Source of the DNA: Thermosulfurimonas dismutans
Lineage (GTDB): Bacteria; Desulfobacterota; Thermodesulfobacteria; Thermodesulfobacteriales; Thermodesulfobacteriaceae
DNA: 32,000 nt
Reading direction: 5' to 3'
Assembly (NCBI RefSeq): GCF_001652585.1
Contig: NZ_LWLG01000002.1
Coordinates: 60,001 to 92,000, forward strand
Part shown: one piece after another, positions 24,902-32,000 of the stretch
How positions within the stretch are numbered: the stretch's first letter is position 1
Layout of the letters: every line of letters begins with the position of its first letter
Notes under the pieces: model-generated
Databases searched by the model: none
Told to the model about the DNA's origin: nothing
The model's input: the letters and a program-made list of their open reading frames with translations, nothing else
Position numbers and translations under genes: made by a program

Positions 24902-27301
24902 CTAGCGGGGTCGAGCCTGAAAGTGTTTAAAGATCTTCTGGGCTACGTCTTCTTGAATAGCATTGACCTCTTCATCCGTGAGAGTCCTTTCCGGAGACCG
25001 ATAAATAAACCTCAAGCTCACACTCTTTTCCCCCTCCGGAATGGGAGCACCCTTGTAAACGTTGGTAACCAATACCCCTTCCAAATATGGGATATCAAAA
25101 CTTGAGATATAATTCAAGACCTCTCCCACCGGCAGGTCATCTCTTACAATCATGGTAAGATCCCGGAAAGTTGCTGGATAGCGCGGAAGGCCTCGAAATT
25201 TCTTTGGTACCTCTGGAAGCTCAAGAAGCCCGGAAATATCTATTTCAGCCAATAATACCGGTGCTGGAAGCTCAAATTTATGTCTCAAATAATTCTTGAC
25301 CTCTCCGGCAAAACCGACCTTGCGGCCTTGAGCCTCAATAACAAAGGAACACCCTCTTTTGAGGAAAGGTTCCTCCGCGTAGGGTCTTAGCTCTACTCCA
25401 GCCAGGGAAAGCTCTCTCAGAAGGGCCTCTAAAACTCCTTTGAGGTCATAGATATCAACCTTGCGAGACTTACCTCCCCAGAATTCAGGTTGGCTTGTTC
25501 CTAGTATGAGAAGACCTAAGGAAATTCTCTCCTCGGGAAGTTCTTCTCCCCTGGGGAAAAAGACTTTGCCAATCTCGAAAATCTTGAGTCTCTGAATTTC
25601 CCGGAAGAAATTGAAACGGGCGTTTTCTAAAAGACCGGGTATAAGAGTAGTGCGCATGATGGACTGAGTTTCGGCAAGAGGATTGGCTAAACGTAAGACC
25701 TGCAACCGGGAATCATTTTTCTGTAGCTCAAGGGCTTCCAGGCTTTTCGGAGAAATGAAACTGTAATTGATGACTTCATAAAAGCCTAAGGCTCGTAGGA
25801 TATCTTTTATCTCGTTGACTAAAATTTCCTCCCTTTCAGGAGCCGTAGCCGAAAGTTCGGCTACAGGTATACTCACCGGAAGTCGATCGTAACCGTATAG
25901 CCTAGCCACTTCCTCGATAAGATCCTCCTCAAGACTCAAATCATGTCTGAAAGAAGGAGGTATGAAATAGAACACCCCACCCTTACTCTCTACCTCTCCA
26001 CCAATCCTTTTGAGATATTCAGCCGTCTCTTCTTCGGAAAGATCCACCTTTAAATAATTCTTGAGTCTCGTAAGCCGGAGATTTATGACTTGAGGTTGCC
26101 AGGCCTTCGGATATTTGTCGATCCTTCCAGGAATCACCTTCCCACCTGCAATCTCAAGGATAAGAGCCGTAGCTCGCTCAAGGGCTAAAATCACGCCTTC
26201 TGGGTCGACTCCCCGCTCAAAACGGTAAGAACTCTCCGTAGAGAGCTTCAGAGCTCGAGCCGTACGTCTTATGGAGATAGAATTGAACCAGGCCGACTCT
26301 AAAAAGACCGATTGCGTACTTTCACTGACCGCAGATTCTTCACCTCCCATCACCCCGGCCACCGCCACCGGCCGTTCGGCATCCGCAATCACAAGCATAT
26401 CCGGAGATAGAGCCCGCCTTTCCCCGTCTAGGGTCAAGATACTTTCTCCTTCCCGGGCCCTTCTTACCAGTATCTTTCGACCCGATATCTTTTCCCAGTC
26501 AAAGGCGTGTAGCGGTTGTCCCAACTCAAGGAGCACGTAATTGGTTACATCCACCAGGTTGTTTATAGGCCGAAGCCCGCACATCCAGAGCTTCTTGGCC
26601 ATCCAGAAAGGACTCTCCCCTACAGTAACTCCCGTAATGAGACGTCCGGCGTAACGATAACAAAGATCCGGCTCCAGAATTTCCACCTCAGCCTCTTTTT
26701 CGAGTCCTTCTCCTAAAGGAAGATCCGGAATTTCAGGAAATCTTAGTTTGGCACCGGTAAGGGCCGCCACCTCCCGGGCCACCCCCAGAACCGAAAGGCA
26801 ATCCCCACGGTTGGGAGTAATAGCCACCTCTAGCACAGGTTCCGCAAGACCGAGAACCTCGTGGAAGGGCCGACCAAGAGAAGCTTCTTCCGGAAGGACA
26901 AGGAGACGGTCTTTTTCTTCAGAAACCCCGGCCTCATAAGGAGAAAGGAACATCCCCTCGGATTTCATACCCCGAATCTTAGTTTCAGAAATTTTGGTTC
27001 CGGAAAAGGTGATAGCCCCCGGAAAGGCCAGGGCCACTTTGAGACCAACCTCAAGACCAGGAGCTGCGGAAACTATAGTATAGCGATCTTTACCGTCGGT
27101 AACCTCACAGACTCTGAGGCTTTCGGCTTCAGGATGGGGGTTTACCGTAAGAATCTCGGCCGAAACCACCGGCCCCAGAGCTTTATAGGCCTCTTCTACC
27201 CCTTCAACCTCCAGACCACCCATAGTAAGAATTTCGGCCAATTCTTCGGCCGAAAGTTCCGTTTCCACCCATTCCCTGAGCCAGCTTAACGGCACTAGCA
27301 T
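24902..27301 (-). CDS. pheT: Phenylalanine--tRNA ligase beta subunit
   Basis: 799 aa. N-terminal tRNA-binding OB domain, B3/4 and B5 domains, and a C-terminal FDX-ACB domain. Directly abuts the pheS stop (TAGATG). Confidence 0.97.
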   Translation of the reverse strand: MLVPLSWLREWVETELSAEELAEILTMGGLEVEGVEEAYKALGPVVSAEILTVNPHPEAESLRVCEVTDGKDRYTIVSAAPGLEVGLKVALAFPGAITFSGTKISETKIRGMKSEGMFLSPYEAGVSEEKDRLLVLPEEASLGRPFHEVLGLAEPVLEVAITPNRGDCLSVLGVAREVAALTGAKLRFPEIPDLPLGEGLEKEAEVEILEPDLCYRYAGRLITGVTVGESPFWMAKKLWMCGLRPINNLVDVTNYVLLELGQPLHAFDWEKISGRKILVRRAREGESILTLDGERRALSPDMLVIADAERPVAVAGVMGGEESAVSESTQSVFLESAWFNSISIRRTARALKLSTESSYRFERGVDPEGVILALERATALILEIAGGKVIPGRIDKYPKAWQPQVINLRLTRLKNYLKVDLSEEETAEYLKRIGGEVESKGGVFYFIPPSFRHDLSLEEDLIEEVARLYGYDRLPVSIPVAELSATAPEREEILVNEIKDILRALGFYEVINYSFISPKSLEALELQKNDSRLQVLRLANPLAETQSIMRTTLIPGLLENARFNFFREIQRLKIFEIGKVFFPRGEELPEERISLGLLILGTSQPEFWGGKSRKVDIYDLKGVLEALLRELSLAGVELRPYAEEPFLKRGCSFVIEAQGRKVGFAGEVKNYLRHKFELPAPVLLAEIDISGLLELPEVPKKFRGLPRYPATFRDLTMIVRDDLPVGEVLNYISSFDIPYLEGVLVTNVYKGAPIPEGEKSVSLRFIYRSPERTLTDEEVNAIQEDVAQKIFKHFQARPR

Positions 27302-28312
27302 CTAAAACTGCTCCAGAAACTTGAGGTGATTTTCGTAAAAGAGCCGAATGTCATCTATGCCGTATTTGAGCATGGCGATCCTTTCAATGCCCAGGCCAAA
27401 GGCAAAACCTTGCCATTTTTCAGTGTCATAACCCACGGCCTTAAAAACATTGGGGTGCACCATGCCCGCCCCTAGGATCTCAAGCCAACCCGTATCTCCA
27501 CAAAGCCGACAGCCTGCCCCCCGACAGATCACACATTCTATGTCCATCTCCGCACTCGGTTCTGTAAAAGGGAAATAACTGGGCCTGAAACGCACCCGAG
27601 TCTCGGTACCGAAAACCTCTTTGGCAAAATAGGTAAGGACACCCTTTAGATCCGAAAAACTGACCGACCGGTCCACCATCAGGCCTTCTATCTGATGAAA
27701 CATGGGGGTATGACGCACGTCCGAATCACAGCGGTAAACTTTACCTGGGGCAATGATCCGCAGAGGAGGCTTACGGGTCAACATAGTCCGGATCTGGATG
27801 GGTGAAGTGTGGGTCCGGAGGAGAAAGCCTTCCGGGAAGTAGAAAGTATCCTGCATATCCCGAGCCGGATGATCCGGCGGGATATTCAAGGCTTCAAAGT
27901 TATAGTAATCCAATTCTATCTCAGGCCCTCGGGCAATACTAAACCCCAGTCGTTCGAAAATGGCACAGATCTCACGCAAGATCTGGGTTATGGGATGGAG
28001 TTTCCCCAGCTCATAAGGCCTGCCAGGAAGGGTAAGATCCAGGCCCGGGGCTTCATCCTCAGCGGCCCGCAAGAGGTCTTCTCGTTTTCGAAAGATCAGC
28101 TCCTCAAGCTCTCGCTTGAGCTCATTGGCCCGACGCCCTATAACCGGCCGCAGGTCCGGAGGAAGATCTTTGATATTCTTTACAATAGCGGTGACCAGGC
28201 CCTTTTTGCCCAGGTACTTAATTCGCAACCAATCTAGGGCCTTAACATCTTGAACGGCCTCGATCTCTTCAAGGGCCCGGCCTCTTAATTCTTCAAGTTC
28301 CCGCTCGGTCAT
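27302..28312 (-). CDS. pheS: Phenylalanine--tRNA ligase alpha subunit
   Basis: 336 aa. Class II motifs (HPARDMQDTFY, LRTHTSPIQIR, GFAFGLGIERIAMLKYGI). Confidence 0.97.
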   Translation of the reverse strand: MTERELEELRGRALEEIEAVQDVKALDWLRIKYLGKKGLVTAIVKNIKDLPPDLRPVIGRRANELKRELEELIFRKREDLLRAAEDEAPGLDLTLPGRPYELGKLHPITQILREICAIFERLGFSIARGPEIELDYYNFEALNIPPDHPARDMQDTFYFPEGFLLRTHTSPIQIRTMLTRKPPLRIIAPGKVYRCDSDVRHTPMFHQIEGLMVDRSVSFSDLKGVLTYFAKEVFGTETRVRFRPSYFPFTEPSAEMDIECVICRGAGCRLCGDTGWLEILGAGMVHPNVFKAVGYDTEKWQGFAFGLGIERIAMLKYGIDDIRLFYENHLKFLEQF

Positions 28313-28321
28313 CCGTAAACT

Positions 28322-28678
28322 TTATTGCCAGGCCTGCTTGGCCTTTTCCACCAGTTTGGCAAAGACTTCCGGCTCGGTAACCGCCAGATTAGCCAGGATC
28401 TTACGATCTAGATCCACACCAACCTTCTTCAATCCCCCCATAAACCGGCTGTAATTCAGGCCGTGAATCCGGGCCGCAGCATTGATCCTCACCTGCCAGA
28501 GACGGCGAAAGTCGCGCTTCTTTTGTCTACGGTCACGGTAGGCGTAAACCAAGGCCCTCTCCACCGTCTCCCGAACTCGTCTAAAACAATTCTTACGCTG
28601 TCCCCAGTAGCCTTTAGCCAACTTGAGATACTTCTTATGTCGCCTCCGGGTCTTAAAACCGCCTTTAGCTCTGGGCAT
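28322..28678 (-). CDS. rplT: 50S ribosomal protein L20
   Basis: [26 protein letters not shown]... is a canonical L20. GGGAGGTGA SD. Confidence 0.97.
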   Translation of the reverse strand: MPRAKGGFKTRRRHKKYLKLAKGYWGQRKNCFRRVRETVERALVYAYRDRRQKKRDFRRLWQVRINAAARIHGLNYSRFMGGLKKVGVDLDRKILANLAVTEPEVFAKLVEKAKQAWQ

Positions 28679-28749
28679 TTCTAACTCACCTCCCGATTAA
28701 CTTTTTCCTTGTCCCAAACCGAAAACAAGGCCTATTTTCAAAGACATCC

Positions 28750-28959
28750 CTAGAACTTGTAGGGAATGAGTTTCTCAACCCTTTTTACGTAACCCCCTTC
28801 GAGCACCTTGTCCTTCCGGAGGTTACGTTTGCGCTTGGCGCTCTTCTTTCTCAAAAGATGGCTTTTGCAGGCCCGGAAGTGCACGATCTTTCCGCTTCCG
28901 GTGACTTTAAAACGCTTGGCTGCCGAACGGTTAGTTTTCATCTTATTCTTCTTGCCCAT
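28750..28959 (-). CDS. rpmI: 50S ribosomal protein L35
   Basis: ...[30 protein letters not shown]... is a canonical L35. Start set at ATG 28959 (a GGGGGA-type SD upstream). The track's GTG 28977 overlaps the infC stop and adds 6 atypical residues. ATG 28941 is also possible. Confidence 0.9.
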   Translation of the reverse strand: MGKKNKMKTNRSAAKRFKVTGSGKIVHFRACKSHLLRKKSAKRKRNLRKDKVLEGGYVKRVEKLIPYKF

Positions 28960-28976
28960 CTCTTCCCCCAAAGCCA

Positions 28977-29501
28977 CTATTTTTTAACCGGCCCCAGAAT
29001 CATGATCATCTGGCGGCCTTCCATGCGCGGAGCCATTTCAACTCGGCCCAAATCCTTAACCGCTTCCTCGATCTTTTGCAAGACCTGTTTCCCCAACTCC
29101 GGGTGGGCCAACTCCCGCCCTCGGAAAAACACCCGTATTTTAACCTTGTTTTTGTCTTCTAGAAAGCGTCTTATGTGCCGGATTTTGGTCTGAAGATCGT
29201 GCTCCTCGGTCTTGGGACGAACCTTGATCTCCTTGAGCTCCACTTGTGTCTGACGCTTTTTGGCCTCTTTGGCCTTCTTAGCTTCCTGGTAGAGAAACTG
29301 TCCATAATCCATGATCTTGCAGACCGGAGGACTGGCCTGTGGAGCCACCTCCACCAGGTCAAGCCCGTATTCTTCGGCCTTGGCCAGAGCCTCCCGCAGG
29401 GATACTACCCCTATCTGCTTACCATCCGGCCCGATGAGCCTTACTTCCCTCGCCCGAATTTTCTCATTTACCCGGTACTTACGCTTGTCAATGCTTCCCA
29501 A
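28977..29501 (-). CDS. infC: Translation initiation factor IF-3
   Basis: [22 protein letters not shown]..., [14 protein letters not shown], and C-domain [17 protein letters not shown]. The apparent start is TTG 29501, preceded by GGGAGGG-TTAT. An in-frame ATT lies three codons downstream. Confidence 0.95.
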   Translation of the reverse strand: MGSIDKRKYRVNEKIRAREVRLIGPDGKQIGVVSLREALAKAEEYGLDLVEVAPQASPPVCKIMDYGQFLYQEAKKAKEAKKRQTQVELKEIKVRPKTEEHDLQTKIRHIRRFLEDKNKVKIRVFFRGRELAHPELGKQVLQKIEEAVKDLGRVEMAPRMEGRQMIMILGPVKK

Positions 29502-29511
29502 ATAACCCTCC

Positions 29512-31422
29512 CTACCATATTATTTTTTGGATTATCTCCTCTTTTAATCTTTCTGCAAATTCTTCAATCGTAAATTCAAGATTTTCGCCTTTTCGGGTCC
29601 GGACAGTAATACGGCTATTTTCTAACTCTTTATCCCCCACAATTATCATATAGGGCACTTTCTTAACCTGAGCCTCGCGGATCTTGAAACCCAGTTTTTC
29701 GTTACGAAAATCCCTTTCCACTCGGAAACCGGCCTCGGCCAGTTTCGCATACACCATCTCCGCAAACTCCTGATGTCGATCGGCCACAGTCATCACCACC
29801 GCCTGAACCGGCGAAAGCCAGACCGGAAAAGCTCCGGCATAATGTTCAATAAGAACCCCGAAAAACCGCTCCAACGACCCCAGAAGCGCACGATGAATCA
29901 TTATGGGCCGATAAGGCCGATTATCCGGCCCAATGTAGGAAATATCAAAGCGTTCCGGAATATTAAAGTCCACTTGAATGGTAGAGCACTGCCAGAAACG
30001 TCCTAGAACATCGCGAATCTTGAGGTCAATTTTGGGCCCGTAAAAGACCCCTTCCCCAGGATCAATCTCATAAGGAAGACCCTTCTTTTCCAGAGCCGCC
30101 CTTAAAGCCCCCTCGGCCTTCTCCCAGATCTCCTCTGAACCCACATACTTATCTGGACGGGTGGAGAGATAGATCTGGTATTCCTTGAACCCAAAGACCG
30201 AAAGAAAGTGAACCACCAGATCCAGGACTTTGTAGAGTTCTTCCTCAAGTTGATCTTCACGGCAAAAAATGTGGGCATCGTCCTGGGTAAACCCCCTCAC
30301 TCGAAGAAGACCATGGAGTACCCCGCTTCTCTCATAACGATAAACCGTCCCCAGCTCGCAGTAGCGAATAGGGAACTCCCGGTAGCTTCGCTTCCGGCTC
30401 TGGTAAATAAGAATATGAAAGGGACAATTCATAGGTTTCAACTGATAAGCCCGCTCATCAATCTCCATGGGGGCAAACATATTTTCGGCGTAGAAATCAA
30501 GGTGACCGGATATCTTCCAGAGATCCCGCAGGGCAATATGAGGAGTATAGACCAACTGGTAACCTCGCTTTAAATGCTCATCCCTCCAAAAGTCCTCTAT
30601 TTCCTTTCTTACAATAGCCCCTTTGGGAAGCCAGAGAATAAGACCCGGGCCAATCTCCTCCTCAATACTGAAAAGCTCAAGCTCTCGACCAAGCTTGCGA
30701 TGATCTCGCCGTTTGGCCTCCTCTAGCCTCTCAAGATAGGCCTTCAGGTCTTCTTTACGGAAGAAGGCCGTGCCGTAGATGCGCTGAAGCTGAGGATTCC
30801 TCTCGTCTCCCCGCCAGTAGGCCCCAGCTACCGAAAGGAGTTTGAAGGCCTTGACTAACCCAGTGTGCGGAAGATGGGGCCCACGACAGAGGTCTACGAA
30901 TCGATCCTGTTTGTAAATACTTACCGTTTCCTCAGGAATTTCCCGGATAAGTTCAAGCTTGTAACGTTCTCCCAATTCCGAAAAGAGCCTTTCGGCTTCC
31001 TCTCTAGAAAGCTCTTCCCGCACCAAGGGATAACGCTTTTTCACAATCTCTTTCATCTTCTTTTCAATGGCCTTAAGATCCTCCTCGGTGAAGGGCCTAT
31101 CATAATCAAAGTCATAATAAAAGCCTTCCTCGGTGGCTGGACCGATCCCGAGCTTTACCCCGGGGAAGAGCTCCTTCACTGCCTGGGCCAGAACGTGAGA
31201 AGCCGTGTGCCTTAAAATCTCAAGGGCCTCGGGCGATTCCGGAAAAATGGGCTTTACCTCGCCTCCATGCCTAACAGGGGAGTGCAAATCAAGGAGTTCC
31301 TCATCTATTTTAAAGGCCAGAGGTTTCTTTTCGGAAAGTTCGAGAAGATCAACCAACTCCCTTGCAGGAGTGCCAGCTTTCACCGCAAACTCTTTGCCCT
31401 CAAAACTTAGTTTTATTTCCAC
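29512..31422 (-). CDS. thrS: Threonine--tRNA ligase
   Basis: TGS domain, editing-domain motif (LRHTASHVLAQAV), class II core and anticodon-binding domain. Start set to GTG 31422 (M-EIKLSFEGKEF aligns with the E. coli MPVITLPDG N-terminus), with GAGGT 7 nt upstream. The track's TTG 31473 has no SD and lies inside a strong hairpin. Confidence 0.95.
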   Translation of the reverse strand: MEIKLSFEGKEFAVKAGTPARELVDLLELSEKKPLAFKIDEELLDLHSPVRHGGEVKPIFPESPEALEILRHTASHVLAQAVKELFPGVKLGIGPATEEGFYYDFDYDRPFTEEDLKAIEKKMKEIVKKRYPLVREELSREEAERLFSELGERYKLELIREIPEETVSIYKQDRFVDLCRGPHLPHTGLVKAFKLLSVAGAYWRGDERNPQLQRIYGTAFFRKEDLKAYLERLEEAKRRDHRKLGRELELFSIEEEIGPGLILWLPKGAIVRKEIEDFWRDEHLKRGYQLVYTPHIALRDLWKISGHLDFYAENMFAPMEIDERAYQLKPMNCPFHILIYQSRKRSYREFPIRYCELGTVYRYERSGVLHGLLRVRGFTQDDAHIFCREDQLEEELYKVLDLVVHFLSVFGFKEYQIYLSTRPDKYVGSEEIWEKAEGALRAALEKKGLPYEIDPGEGVFYGPKIDLKIRDVLGRFWQCSTIQVDFNIPERFDISYIGPDNRPYRPIMIHRALLGSLERFFGVLIEHYAGAFPVWLSPVQAVVMTVADRHQEFAEMVYAKLAEAGFRVERDFRNEKLGFKIREAQVKKVPYMIIVGDKELENSRITVRTRKGENLEFTIEEFAERLKEEIIQKIIW

Positions 31423-31450
31423 CTCCCCTACCTCTTTCGAAACAAAATGA

Positions 31451-31480
31451 AGGCCTCTCGGGAAGTTCCCCAAGAGGCCT
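31451..31480 (-). terminator. Strong GC-rich hairpin between tRNA-Val and thrS (terminator, attenuator or processing signal); T-runs flank it on both strands
   Basis: AGGCCTCT (31451-31458) and AGAGGCCT (31473-31480) are exact reverse complements, with an inner GGG/CCC extension. On the minus strand it is followed by TCATTTTGTTT, and on the plus strand by TTTT. Confidence 0.5.
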
Positions 31481-31489
31481 TTTTAACAA

Positions 31490-31564
31490 TGGTAGGCGCG
31501 GGCGGGATCGAACCGCCGACCTCTTGCGCGTCAAGCAAGCGCTCTCCCACTGAGCTACGCGCCT
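31490..31564 (-). tRNA. tRNA-Val (anticodon GAC), CCA encoded
   Basis: The reverse complement folds by hand as a 75-nt cloverleaf. The segments are AGGCGCG-TA-GCTC-AGTGGGA-GAGC-G-CTTGC-TTGACGC-GCAAG-AGGTC-GGCGG-TTCGATC-CCGCC-CGCGCCT-A-CCA. All four stems are fully Watson-Crick. U33 is present and position 37 is G, which is unusual for Val. Confidence 0.9.
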
Positions 31565-31582
31565 TCCTTTGACATTTTTAAT

Positions 31583-31611
31583 CTTTTAGCAATCAAGCTC
31601 GGAATTGTCAA
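31583..31611 (-). promoter_or_regulatory. Candidate sigma-70 promoter for tRNA-Val (and, by read-through, thrS): TTGACA-17 nt-TAAAAG
   Basis: On the minus strand, TTGACA at 31611-31606 and TAAAAG at 31588-31583. The -10 lies about 19 nt upstream of the tRNA 5' end. Confidence 0.35.
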
Positions 31612-32000
31612 TAACCGTGATCCGCCTTCGCTTTTGGGGATTGGTTGAAAAGCCTCTATCGATCAGAGGCTGAAGCCAAAATATCAGGCAACGCCGTAGC
31701 TTCCTTAGCCAGAAAACGGTATCGCCGAGCAGATCTTCTACCGCTACCGTTGGCGGAAAAATACCGGGGTTCTCTCTTCGAAGCCAAGCACCTTATGGCC
31801 CTCAAGTCAAGCTCAAAGACCCTTGAACGAAAAAGATCTAATTTCTTTTAGTTCCTTTAGAATCCTGGAGAAGACTTTAATATTTTGGGTCATATCACGG
31901 TTAAATATAACTTATTTAGGAAAATTCAGTATTATAAATAGAACATATCTCCGACAGGCTAAATCGGATCTAAAATTAGATCACAAAGATGCTTGACGCT

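Noticed and set aside
31451-31480. E. coli-style thrS translational operator (tRNA-Thr anticodon-arm mimic) or a T-box leader
   Set aside because: The apical loop (GAACUUC or AACUU) contains no NGU Thr anticodon. The leader is far too short (about 70 nt) for a T-box, and no specifier loop or T-box sequence is seen.
31645-31851. 68-aa plus-strand ORF near the window end
   Set aside because: TTG start without an SD, a basic low-complexity product, and embedded hairpins. There is not enough evidence to call a CDS, so it is kept only as part of the 'unassigned region' finding.
1-32000. CRISPR arrays, IS elements or transposases, integrases, prophage genes, toxin-antitoxin pairs, and restriction or defence systems
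   Set aside because: No spaced direct-repeat arrays, terminal inverted repeats, recombinase or transposase motifs, or defence-associated domains were seen on either strand. The window is core-genome-like.

Overview
Dense, almost entirely housekeeping chromosomal window of about 50% GC. Proteins are rich in Glu, Lys and Arg. Gene content suggests a thermophilic, flagellated, diderm anaerobe, possibly Thermodesulfobacteriota-like; that placement is inference only. Plus-strand content, left to right: a 5'-truncated DAACS symporter, a PIN-like protein I read as a HARP-type protein-only RNase P, a family-4 uracil-DNA glycosylase, NfeD, NikR, a fliK-flgD-flgE-flgE hook locus behind a textbook sigma-54 promoter, and RNase R. 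Minus-strand content: a KamA-family radical SAM enzyme; icd-leuS-lptE; clpB-fmt; an oxygen-detoxification operon (dfx, rubredoxin, FprA/ROO, plus an uncharacterised HEAT-like protein); and the classic block tRNA-Val, thrS, infC, rpmI, rplT, pheS, pheT, ihfA, merR-like. I see no CRISPR array, mobile element, toxin-antitoxin pair or recognisable defence system, and no clearly novel multi-gene system. The observations most worth following up are these. (1) The HARP-like gene's conserved N-terminus, including the PIN 'DTS' acidic motif, lies upstream of any ATG, GTG or TTG. (2) There are two tandem hook paralogues, and the second carries an internally duplicated insertion. (3) A HEAT-like protein of unknown function is translationally coupled to ROO. 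(4) The dfx promoter has a perfect -35, a 21-nt spacer and a palindrome. (5) A strong hairpin sits between tRNA-Val and the homology-supported thrS start. Several longest-ORF starts in the supplied track were revised using Shine-Dalgarno spacing and remembered homologue N-termini. A 54-aa rubredoxin missing from the track was added.
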